From positions 1 through 54,085 of the forward strand of contig CALMMZ010000232.1 in NCBI GenBank assembly GCA_937868685.1: a stretch of DNA of 54,085 nt, in the 5' to 3' direction. Each line of letters opens with the position of its first letter. Position 1 is the first letter of the stretch. The notes beneath the pieces were generated by a model that ran no database searches, was not told the origin of the DNA, and saw nothing but the letters and a program-made list of their open reading frames with translations. Both the position numbers and the translations under genes were made by a program. Source of the stretch: an uncultured bacterium. Its GTDB lineage: Bacteria; Patescibacteriota; Minisyncoccia; Phycocordibacterales; UBA1006. Below are positions 41,464-49,898 of the stretch, piece after piece.

Positions 41464-42754
41464 GAATGGACCAGTAGAAGAATTAAAGACGTGTTTGGCA
41501 TGTGGTGGGAATTGTTTGACTCCACTACTAGACCTAGGAAAGCAACCACCAGCAAATTCACTTAAGAAAACTGCAATTCAGGTACAGGAACAATTTCCCC
41601 TTGCAATTAATCGTTGCTTGGATTGTTACCATGTCCAGTTGACGCATATTGTCAATCCTGAAATTCTGTATAAAGATTACCCATATGTAAGTGGTACTTC
41701 AAAGACTATGATGGAATACTTCGAGTGGTTTTCTAAATTTGCTGACGAATATTATAAGTCACTTAATGACAGAACACCAAAGGTAATTGTAGAGATTGGT
41801 TGCAATGATGGTTCACAATTAGACCAATTCAATAAATTAAACGGAAAATTTGTGACAATTGGTGTTGATCCTGCTGAAAATATTATAAAGAGTGCTAGAA
41901 AAAAGTCTGATCAACACATTTTGTATTGTGGATTTTTTGATAATGAATTTGTCGAATGGATGTACGATGACATTGAATTTGGCTATAACAAACCAGATAT
42001 TGTAGTAGCACAAAATGTGTTTGCTCATAATCCAGACCCATTTACATTTTTAAACAATGTAAAAAATATGATGGCAGCTGATGGTTTGTTATTCATCCAA
42101 ACTTCACAGGCAAATATGATTTTGAATGGTGAGTTTGATACAATTTACCATGAGCACATTTCATTCTACAATATTAACTCGATGCAAGAGCTGTGCAAAA
42201 GAGCAGGGATGGAACTGATTGATGTTATCAAAACTCCTTTGCACGGAACTAGTTACATTTTTGTTATTGGTCAAACCCCACCTGTGACCTCAACAAAATA
42301 CAGAATCGAAAATCTGATTGCGATGGAAAAGGCAGTAGGACTCTATAGTCCAAAGACTTACTATGAATACAAAAAGAAGTGTGAAGCATTGCCTCAAAAA
42401 CTGACTGATGAAATTACTCAATATTGGAGAAGTGATGTTGGTAAGATGGTAGTTGGTTATGGTGCCGCAGCAAAGGGCATGACACTAATTAATTACACTG
42501 ATATTGGTAAATACATGAGTTGCATTGTTGATGATAACCCATTGAAGCAAGGTAAGTTTGCTCCTGGTTCAAAGCTTCCGATTATCAATTCTGATTTTCT
42601 AAAGACAACAGAGGACTCAATTGTATTCATTCCTCTTGCTTGGAATTTCTTTGATGAAATCGTATCGAAGATCAAATCTATCAGAGACAATCCAAATGAT
42701 GTTTTTGTCAGATATTTCCCAAAGGTTGAAAGTTTTAGGATAGACAATGATTAA
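41456..42754 (+). CDS. NDP-hexose C-methyltransferase (TylCIII-like)
   Basis: N-terminal zinc-ribbon CLACGG...C..CYH. SAM motif EIGCNDGSQL. C-terminal VGYGAAAKGMTLINY is typical of sugar C-methyltransferases. The ATG at 41456 overlaps the upstream stop. Confidence 0.75.
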   Translation: MFENGPVEELKTCLACGGNCLTPLLDLGKQPPANSLKKTAIQVQEQFPLAINRCLDCYHVQLTHIVNPEILYKDYPYVSGTSKTMMEYFEWFSKFADEYYKSLNDRTPKVIVEIGCNDGSQLDQFNKLNGKFVTIGVDPAENIIKSARKKSDQHILYCGFFDNEFVEWMYDDIEFGYNKPDIVVAQNVFAHNPDPFTFLNNVKNMMAADGLLFIQTSQANMILNGEFDTIYHEHISFYNINSMQELCKRAGMELIDVIKTPLHGTSYIFVIGQTPPVTSTKYRIENLIAMEKAVGLYSPKTYYEYKKKCEALPQKLTDEITQYWRSDVGKMVVGYGAAAKGMTLINYTDIGKYMSCIVDDNPLKQGKFAPGSKLPIINSDFLKTTEDSIVFIPLAWNFFDEIVSKIKSIRDNPNDVFVRYFPKVESFRIDND

Positions 42755-43559
42755 GAAAATCCTATATTACCACATGTACCTGACCGATGAACCAAGTACA
42801 TGGACTAATATATTCCTTGAACAGATGAAGGCAATGGAAGATTCCGGACTCTTGAGTGAGTTGGATATGATTAAGATTGTTGCAATCACTCAGGATGATG
42901 AACGTATCAGAGAATTGGAATCACTGTGTTCCACTGAAATGGCAGCTGACAAGGGTGTTAATTTTGATATTCATTTTGTCAAGAACCCCTGGGCAAATGA
43001 TATTGCGATGATGGAAAACCTTGAGAGTCCACATACAATCACTGAAAACTATACCTTCAGAAGGATATATGAGGACTGTCAAAACGCAGAGGAAGAATTC
43101 TATGTCATGTATATTCATACAAAAGGAATCACCTCTTGCATGAGACTAATGAGCAAGAATTGTATCCTTGCACAATCGTTCAAGAATTACTATTACTGGC
43201 GTCAGTTTTTGAATTGGGGTGTGATCAAAAGATGGAGGTCATGCGTTGATGCATTAGATGATAACGATGTTGCTGGTGTGAATTTCTTTAGTTCACCATC
43301 ACCACATTTTAGTGGAAATTTTTGGTGGGCAAAATCTTCATATATCAAAACACTTCCCAATCCTGCTACCAAAGATTGGTGGTATGCTCTGAAGGAAAAG
43401 ACTTCCAATATTTGGTTGAAAGGTGCATCTGATAGATTTAGGGATGAACAATGGGTATGCAGTAATCCCGACGTAAAGGTCTATAAGGTGATAGATATGG
43501 ATGAAGGAAACAATCCTGCAGGAAAATATCTACCTACAACCATGTACGATCCCGATTGA
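42747..43559 (+). CDS. hypothetical protein (last gene of glyco-island)
   Basis: 270-aa ORF with ATGA-type coupling. Has a YIHTKG motif. No confident family. Confidence 0.55.
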   Translation: MIKKILYYHMYLTDEPSTWTNIFLEQMKAMEDSGLLSELDMIKIVAITQDDERIRELESLCSTEMAADKGVNFDIHFVKNPWANDIAMMENLESPHTITENYTFRRIYEDCQNAEEEFYVMYIHTKGITSCMRLMSKNCILAQSFKNYYYWRQFLNWGVIKRWRSCVDALDDNDVAGVNFFSSPSPHFSGNFWWAKSSYIKTLPNPATKDWWYALKEKTSNIWLKGASDRFRDEQWVCSNPDVKVYKVIDMDEGNNPAGKYLPTTMYDPD

Positions 43560-43584
43560 CATTTGACACAAACTAGTTTATAAT
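43556..43584 (+). promoter_or_regulatory. sigma70-type (early) promoter
   Basis: Perfect TTGACA-N17-TATAAT. The -35 overlaps the upstream stop codon. 29 nt before the ATG at 43613. Confidence 0.7.
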
Positions 43585-43612
43585 ATACTCACAATTACAA
43601 AAGGAATACATC

Positions 43613-43813
43613 ATGCCTATTGACAAGAATTCCATTCTTGAAACACAATTAGTCCAGCGCGAATTCGATGGCTGCTGGGAACGTATCGTCAAGGTGATGG
43701 ATACGGAAAACAGTTACTCTTTCGTTGATGAAAGAGGAATGAATATGACTTTGACTCCAACAAAGTGGGTCACAGTTGCGGTGTACCCATTTATCATGGA
43801 GGAAGTAGCGTAA
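43613..43813 (+). CDS. hypothetical protein
   Basis: 66-aa ORF with AAAGGAA SD. Confidence 0.55.
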   Translation: MPIDKNSILETQLVQREFDGCWERIVKVMDTENSYSFVDERGMNMTLTPTKWVTVAVYPFIMEEVA

Positions 43814-44124
43814 TGGCGAAGAATATCAAAATCTTGAAATTGGCCACAGGTGAAGAAATTATGGGAGAAGTCCTGAATGTTTCTGAGGCAAATGTAACAC
43901 TAAAGAATGTTGTGCGTGTTATGGTTGTGCCAAGTAGGTCAGATCCAAATACACCAACAGTTGCATTTGCTCCCTGGGCAGAATTCAGTGCAACAAAGGA
44001 TATTCTTGTGAGTGGTGCTCATGTTATTTGTGCATATGAACCAGTCAAGGAATTTATTAATCAGTACAATGCAATGTTTGGTGGAATTATTGCTCCCAAG
44101 ACAGACCTTGTAGGATTCGACTAA
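43813..44124 (+). CDS. hypothetical protein (distant paralog of 8219..8689)
   Basis: 103 aa from an ATG overlapping the upstream TAA. Carries the IKILKLATGEEIMGEV ... VAFAPW pattern. Confidence 0.6.
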   Translation: MAKNIKILKLATGEEIMGEVLNVSEANVTLKNVVRVMVVPSRSDPNTPTVAFAPWAEFSATKDILVSGAHVICAYEPVKEFINQYNAMFGGIIAPKTDLVGFD

Positions 44125-44333
44125 TGCAAAATCGATCCAGAGAACAAAAGTTGGTTGACATATTGTTTGAAGTTGCAATGATTACCAAGGAATCAAAATC
44201 TCTACAGGAACTAGATCGAGAAAAGTATGCTGAATGGATAAGACACCAATTAGATTCGTGTGGTTTCAAGAATTTTGGACCAATAGGTGTGTCATGGTGT
44301 AAACTTTTAGAAGAAAAGAGTAACGATGACTAA
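44124..44333 (+). CDS. hypothetical protein
   Basis: 69-aa ORF coupled to both neighbours. Confidence 0.5.
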   Translation: MQNRSREQKLVDILFEVAMITKESKSLQELDREKYAEWIRHQLDSCGFKNFGPIGVSWCKLLEEKSNDD

Positions 44334-46911
44334 TGACTTTTACACAAACGTAAAGGTTATCGGAAATAAAATTGCCTATAGAGGTATTGAAAATGGGAGA
44401 AGGGTACGATCAAAAATCGATTATTACCCTTCTCTTTTCATTCATTCCGACAACCCTACACAATTCACAACCATATCTGGTGAATTCGTTGAAGAAATTA
44501 GACCTGGCACTATGAAAGAGTGTCGGGACTTTTGCAGGCAATATGAGGATATCCAAGACTTCAAAATTTACGGAAACCAGAGATATGAATATGCTTTCAT
44601 TTCCGATAAGTTTGGTCCAAGGGATCCTATCCCATATGATCTTTCATTCATCAAGGTATGTAATATCGACATTGAGGTTGGCTCGGAAAATGGTTTTCCT
44701 GAGCCCGAAACTGCTTATGAACCACTTACTGCAATCACCTATAAGATGGGCAGTAAGTTCATGGTATTTGGTTGTGGTGAATTTAAAAACACCAGAGAAG
44801 ATGTTGAGTATATTAAATGTTCCAATGAAATCGATTTGATCAATATGTTCCTCAATCAATGGGGACTTGATTATCCGGATATTATCACTGGATGGAACGT
44901 AAAGTTTTTCGATATTCCCTATCTTGTGAACAGGATCACAAGAGTAATGGGTGAGGAATTTGCAAAGAGACTTTCACCTTGGAATTCATACTATGAACGT
45001 GAAGTCTATTATCAGAACAGACAGCAGCAGGTATATATCATTGCCGGTATTGCAATACTAGATTATCTGGAACTGTATCGCAGTTTCCATCCAGGTGGTC
45101 AGGCAAAGGAACAGTATTCACTCAACTTCATTTGCAGTGAAGAAATTGGTGAAAAGAAAATCTCATATGAAGAATATGGGAACCTGTTTCGTTTGTATAA
45201 AGATAATTACCAGAAGTTCATTGAGTATAATATCCATGACGTTGAGCTGGTTGAAAGACTGGATGCAAAACTGAAGTTGGTTGAGGTTGCGATCATTATT
45301 GCCTACACTTGTCGTTGTAATTTTGACGATGTGTTTACACAGGTAACAATGTGGGATTCACTATTCTACAATCGATTACGTTCAAAGCAAATTGTGGTTC
45401 CTCCAAATAAAAAGAGTACAAAGAAGCAAGACTATGAAGGTGCATATGTCAAGGAACCAATTCCAGGTTTCTACAAATACATTGCATCATTCGACCTTGA
45501 CTCACTGTATCCACATTTGATCATGCAGCAGAACATTTCACCTGATACTATTATTGAACCAGGAAACTATGTCGAAGGTATGGCATCGTTTCTTGATAGA
45601 GGTATCAGTGTTGAAAAACTACTCAATAGAACAATCAATACCGTACCATTAAAGGCCTGGAATGCTACAGTTACACCAAATGGTCAGTTGTTCAGACTTG
45701 ATCAAAAAGGTTTCCTTGTGGAAATGATGCAGGAGATTTATGATGACCGAAAGGTCTTCAAAAAGAAAGCAATTGAAGCAAAGAAGCAGATTGAGGTAAT
45801 CAAAAAGAGAATAGCAGAAGAAGGTGAAACGGCAGAATTAAAAGAGGAAATGACCAAGTATAAAAATGATGCAGCGCATTATAACAACATGCAGCTGGCT
45901 ATGAAACTCACCTTGAATTCTGCTTATGGTACTTTGGGGTCTGAATACTTCCGTTGGTTCGACGTTAGACAAGCAGAAGCAATCACGACTTCCGGTAAGC
46001 TTGCAATTCAATGGATTGCAATCAAAATCAACAAATATCTAAATAATGTGTTGGGGACAAAGAAGGATTACATAATTGCGTCAGATACGGACTCAATTTA
46101 CCTATCTCTTGATGAATTGGTACAGCAGACGTTTGGAAGTGAGACTACAGATACTAAACGGATCATCGACTTCATGGATAAAGTCTGTGAGATTAAGTTG
46201 CAACCGTTTATCGATAAGTCTTATAATGAGCTTGCTAAATATCTTAATTCCCTAGAGCAGAAGATGCACATGAAGCGAGAAGTTCTTGCAGACAAAGGAT
46301 TTTGGACTGCAAAGAAACGATATGCTTTGAATGTTTGGAACAGTGAAGGTGTTGCATATGATCCACCAGAAGTTAAAATCTCAGGTCTTGAAATGGTTAA
46401 ATCTTCAACACCTGGTGTCTGTAAGGTAAAACTCAAGAAGGCAGTTGAGTTGATCCTCAGAGGAAATAATGACGATGTGATCAAGTTCATTAGTGAGTTC
46501 AAAAAGGAATTCAAAACATTACCAGTGCATGAGATTGCATCACCTCGTGGTGTATCAGGAATAAAATTCTACAAAGAAAATTCACAAAAAGGATATAAGA
46601 AGGGTACCCCGATGCATGTCAGGGGATCAATCGTATATAACAATTTTCTTGAGCAAAATGATCTGACAAAGAAATATCAAACAATCAAGGAGGGAGAGAA
46701 GATCAAGTATATCTATTTGAAGGAACCAAATATGATCGGCGAAAACATTATTGCGTTTCCTCAAGTCTTACCAGCAGAATTCAACATTGAGAAGTTTGTT
46801 GACTATAACACTCAATTTGAAAAGACGTTCCTAAATCCATTAACGATCATCCTTGATTGTATTGGTTGGAAGGCAAGTCGTGGTTCTTCATTAAGTGCGT
46901 TTTTCTCATAA
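44326..46911 (+). CDS. gp43: DNA polymerase gp43 (family B)
   Basis: Colinear with T4 gp43. ExoI CNIDIEV, ExoII YNIHDVELV, motif A SFDLDSLYPH, motif B KLTLNSAYG, motif C ASDTDSIY, and FWTAKKRYALNV. Confidence 0.97.
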   Translation: MTNDFYTNVKVIGNKIAYRGIENGRRVRSKIDYYPSLFIHSDNPTQFTTISGEFVEEIRPGTMKECRDFCRQYEDIQDFKIYGNQRYEYAFISDKFGPRDPIPYDLSFIKVCNIDIEVGSENGFPEPETAYEPLTAITYKMGSKFMVFGCGEFKNTREDVEYIKCSNEIDLINMFLNQWGLDYPDIITGWNVKFFDIPYLVNRITRVMGEEFAKRLSPWNSYYEREVYYQNRQQQVYIIAGIAILDYLELYRSFHPGGQAKEQYSLNFICSEEIGEKKISYEEYGNLFRLYKDNYQKFIEYNIHDVELVERLDAKLKLVEVAIIIAYTCRCNFDDVFTQVTMWDSLFYNRLRSKQIVVPPNKKSTKKQDYEGAYVKEPIPGFYKYIASFDLDSLYPHLIMQQNISPDTIIEPGNYVEGMASFLDRGISVEKLLNRTINTVPLKAWNATVTPNGQLFRLDQKGFLVEMMQEIYDDRKVFKKKAIEAKKQIEVIKKRIAEEGETAELKEEMTKYKNDAAHYNNMQLAMKLTLNSAYGTLGSEYFRWFDVRQAEAITTSGKLAIQWIAIKINKYLNNVLGTKKDYIIASDTDSIYLSLDELVQQTFGSETTDTKRIIDFMDKVCEIKLQPFIDKSYNELAKYLNSLEQKMHMKREVLADKGFWTAKKRYALNVWNSEGVAYDPPEVKISGLEMVKSSTPGVCKVKLKKAVELILRGNNDDVIKFISEFKKEFKTLPVHEIASPRGVSGIKFYKENSQKGYKKGTPMHVRGSIVYNNFLEQNDLTKKYQTIKEGEKIKYIYLKEPNMIGENIIAFPQVLPAEFNIEKFVDYNTQFEKTFLNPLTIILDCIGWKASRGSSLSAFFS

Positions 46912-46918
46912 ATAGCAG

Positions 46919-47770
46919 ATGAATCAGAAATTTCTAGCAGGCATAGTCCTACTCACAGGACTACTATTATCCGGTGTTGCAGCATATTATTCAATCATCG
47001 GACTAACAACAATATTCTCCGGGGCACGAGAAGCAGTAGTTATTATGGGTTGTGCCCTGGAGATATCCAAACTGGTTGTTGTGTCGTGGTTATACAACAA
47101 CTGGCAACACGTATCTTTCTTCATTAAAACCTATATGACCCTTGCAGTGATCATCCTTATGTTGATCACTAGCATGGGTATATTTGGGTTTCTATCAAAG
47201 GCACATATTGATCAACAATTGAAATTGAATATCGGCATTTCAGACGAAATCAAAAATATCAATAATAAGATCACTGATCAAACTGCAATTCTGGAAGACA
47301 TAGACAAACAAATTGGTGTCATTGATAAGTCGGTAGATAAGTTAATATCCACTGGCAAGGCAAAGTCAGGTCTATCAGCATCCAAATCAAACAAGAGTTC
47401 CAGAGAGGAACTTAATACAAAACGGGAAGCAAAGATGCAGGAGATACTTTCCTTGAAGGAACAAAAGGTATCTTTGGAATCAAAATACAAACAAATGGAA
47501 GCAGAAGTGGGCCCAATTAAGTATGTGGCGGAATTAATCTATGGGGAATCGGATGAAAAAATACTTGACAAAGCGGTCAGATTTGTTATAATCATATTGA
47601 TCTTTGTATTCGATCCTTTGGCAATATTTCTCATGCTTGCATTTAACATTACGATCAACAGAATTGGACATTATAACATGGAATTCTTGGCGATTGATAG
47701 TGAAAATGTTATGAAAAAGAAAAGAAAGAAACGAACCCCTCGCGAAGGAATACAAGGGGGAGATTTTTAG
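46919..47770 (+). CDS. hypothetical multi-TM membrane protein with central coiled coil
   Basis: 283 aa with N-terminal TM helices, a coiled-coil middle, a C-terminal TM helix and a basic tail. Confidence 0.6.
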   Translation: MNQKFLAGIVLLTGLLLSGVAAYYSIIGLTTIFSGAREAVVIMGCALEISKLVVVSWLYNNWQHVSFFIKTYMTLAVIILMLITSMGIFGFLSKAHIDQQLKLNIGISDEIKNINNKITDQTAILEDIDKQIGVIDKSVDKLISTGKAKSGLSASKSNKSSREELNTKREAKMQEILSLKEQKVSLESKYKQMEAEVGPIKYVAELIYGESDEKILDKAVRFVIIILIFVFDPLAIFLMLAFNITINRIGHYNMEFLAIDSENVMKKKRKKRTPREGIQGGDF

Positions 47771-47779
47771 GAGTATTGC

Positions 47780-48115
47780 ATGAATGACCCAGAGACGTTT
47801 AAAAGGACAGTTTGGGGATATTGGGAAGTCCTCAATGAAGGTCCAGGATACAAAGTCAAACTATTATCCATAAATCCCAAAGGAAGTATCAGTAAACAAT
47901 ATCACAATTTTCGATCGGAGACGTGGTGTATAGTTAGTGGTAAAGGACAATTATTTTTGGATGATAAAATGTCTGTAGTATTGACAGGAGACGTATTTAC
48001 TATTCCCGTGAGAGCAGTACACAGAGTTTTAAACATTTCAGAAACAGAAAACCTGGTTGCCATTGAAGTGCAATTGGGATCAATAACGGAAGAAACAGAT
48101 ATAGTAAGGATATAA
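47780..48115 (+). CDS. cupin-domain protein (type II mannose-6-phosphate isomerase / ManC C-terminal-like)
   Basis: WGYWEVL..GPGYKVKLLSINPKGSISKQYHNFRSETWCIVSGKG...IPVRAVHRVLN...LVAIEVQLG...EETDIVRI matches the ManC cupin pattern. Confidence 0.75.
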   Translation: MNDPETFKRTVWGYWEVLNEGPGYKVKLLSINPKGSISKQYHNFRSETWCIVSGKGQLFLDDKMSVVLTGDVFTIPVRAVHRVLNISETENLVAIEVQLGSITEETDIVRI

Positions 48116-48116
48116 T

Positions 48117-48521
48117 ATGAATTTGACCATATTTGAAATGATATTGTTAGCAATTAGTATCGCGATTATTGTTATTTTGTTGTTTGGAGAAACACCAGCA
48201 AAAGCACAAGTTTTCCCACCATATGTCGAAGGACCGAACGTTCAAGAGTTTCCAGCAAAAATGCGATGTATGCCACCACAGGACTTTAAGGTATTACTAA
48301 ACACCAAGGGTCTGCATATCATAGCATTGGAAGCACAGCAAGACGAGTCAACAAAAACAATCTTCACAAACGAAATTGGATCTGTCTTGGTTGCTAATTT
48401 GAGCAAGGATGGTCGAGCATGTATTATAGACATTATGAACATGGCAGACTTCTCAAATGAATTCCACTTCTCGGCACCAAAACCTCAACAAGCACCAAAA
48501 GGAAATGAACATGATCAATAA
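48117..48521 (+). CDS. hypothetical N-terminally anchored protein
   Basis: 134 aa. N-terminal TM segment ILLAISIAIIVILLF. Confidence 0.55.
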   Translation: MNLTIFEMILLAISIAIIVILLFGETPAKAQVFPPYVEGPNVQEFPAKMRCMPPQDFKVLLNTKGLHIIALEAQQDESTKTIFTNEIGSVLVANLSKDGRACIIDIMNMADFSNEFHFSAPKPQQAPKGNEHDQ

Positions 48522-49599
48522 GGAACTATTAAGCAGACTCAAGAAGGCCAGTACAATTGATGATACTGACATTCTAACAAATTCTGAAGTGTATAACAAG
48601 AAAGATATGGTTGACACTGGAATTCCTGCTTTAAACATTGCCCTTTCAGGTGAGATTGACGGAGGATTAACACCAGGTTCAACAGTATTGGCAGGACCAT
48701 CAAAGCATTTCAAATCTGCTTTTGCTATGATCATGGCAGGTGCTTATCTGAAGAAATATGAAGACGCAATCGTCATGTTTTATGATTCTGAGTTTGGTAT
48801 CCCCGAAAAATACCTACAGGCATTTGGAATCGATAAGGACAGAGTATTGCATATGCCAATCTCAACAGTTGAAGAATTGAAGAATGATCTTGTTTTCCAG
48901 TTGGAAAAAATCATTAAAAGAGGTGATAAGATTTGCATTGTAGTTGACTCAATTGGTAACCTTGCTTCCAGAAAGGAAGTGGAGGATGCGATCAACCAAA
49001 AGTCAGTTGCAGATATGACAAGAGCAAAGGCAATCAAGTCATTGTTTCGAGCAATTACACCAAAATTGACTCTCAGGGATATTCCTCTCATTGCTATCAA
49101 CCACACATATACTGAAATGGGATTGTATCCAAGAGAGATTGTCTCTGGTGGTAGAGGCATCATGTATTCTGCAAACAATGTTTGGATCATTGGCAGACAG
49201 CAAGAAAAGGACAAGAACAAGAAACTTGCTGGATATAACTTCATTATTCGAGTTGAGAAATCACGATTCCTGAAAGAGAAGTCTGAGATTCCAATTACCG
49301 TTCTATATGATTCAGGTATCAATAAGTGGTCGGGTCTATTCGATCTTGCAATTGCAGGTGGGTATCTGCAAAAGGAAGGTAATGGATATTGTCTGGTTGA
49401 TGTTGAGAGTGGTGAAGTTGTTGGAGAGAAAATGAAAACAGATGAAGTAGTCAATAACGACGAATTCTGGGAATCTGTTTTGGAAAATACAACCTTCAAA
49501 GAATTCATCAAAAACAAGTTCCAAATGAATTCCGGTGGTTCAGTTGATGTTGAGCTCCTTGAGGATGATGTTGAGGACGAAGAGGAGGATGAAGAATGA
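48511..49599 (+). CDS. uvsX: UvsX recombinase (RecA-like)
   Basis: Colinear with T4 UvsX. LSRLKKAST, IPALNIALSGEIDGG, Walker A AGPSKHFKS, FYDSEFGI, DSIGNLASRKE, MTRAKAIKSLFR and INHTY. Acidic C-terminal tail. Confidence 0.95.
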   Translation: MINKELLSRLKKASTIDDTDILTNSEVYNKKDMVDTGIPALNIALSGEIDGGLTPGSTVLAGPSKHFKSAFAMIMAGAYLKKYEDAIVMFYDSEFGIPEKYLQAFGIDKDRVLHMPISTVEELKNDLVFQLEKIIKRGDKICIVVDSIGNLASRKEVEDAINQKSVADMTRAKAIKSLFRAITPKLTLRDIPLIAINHTYTEMGLYPREIVSGGRGIMYSANNVWIIGRQQEKDKNKKLAGYNFIIRVEKSRFLKEKSEIPITVLYDSGINKWSGLFDLAIAGGYLQKEGNGYCLVDVESGEVVGEKMKTDEVVNNDEFWESVLENTTFKEFIKNKFQMNSGGSVDVELLEDDVEDEEEDEE

Positions 49600-49898
49600 T
49601 TCTAGGAGTGGATTATAAAATCCGAGAAGATAAAGTAAAAGGCGAAGATGGAACGATTCCAATTGAGTTGACTTCTGGGCCATATGCTGATATAATCTAT
49701 CGGTACATTACAGTATCAATTGTGGAAAAGGAAGAACAGGCAGTTGTCAAGTTCGATTATGAAATCATCTATTCTGACCTATTCACAGAAGAAGAATTGA
49801 GGAAAGATCAAAAGTTTGTTGCTCATATCGGATTAGTTTTGAACGCATTGATTTTGGATACATTAGATACACAGGAAGCTTTAGACAGTGCAGATTGA
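49596..49898 (+). CDS. hypothetical protein
   Basis: 100-aa ORF with an ATGA overlap with uvsX. Confidence 0.55.
   Translation: MILGVDYKIREDKVKGEDGTIPIELTSGPYADIIYRYITVSIVEKEEQAVVKFDYEIIYSDLFTEEELRKDQKFVAHIGLVLNALILDTLDTQEALDSAD

Noticed and set aside
46907-46914. CATAAATA late-promoter-like motif overlapping the gp43 stop codon.
   Set aside because: It ends 4 nt before the next ATG (46919). A transcript starting at the usual distance would begin inside the ORF. It is probably a chance match in AT-rich DNA.
48780-49517. 245-aa ORF on the minus strand, and the other minus-strand ORFs in the track (e.g. 130..636, 2154..2564, 12881..13345, 19375..19737, 21509..21868, 22853..23251).
   Set aside because: Every one lies antisense to a + strand gene with strong homology or motif support (uvsX, gp22, gp46, cobS and others). 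Their sequences are low-complexity Ser/Leu/Ile-rich, and none has an SD or recognisable motif. They are shadow ORFs.
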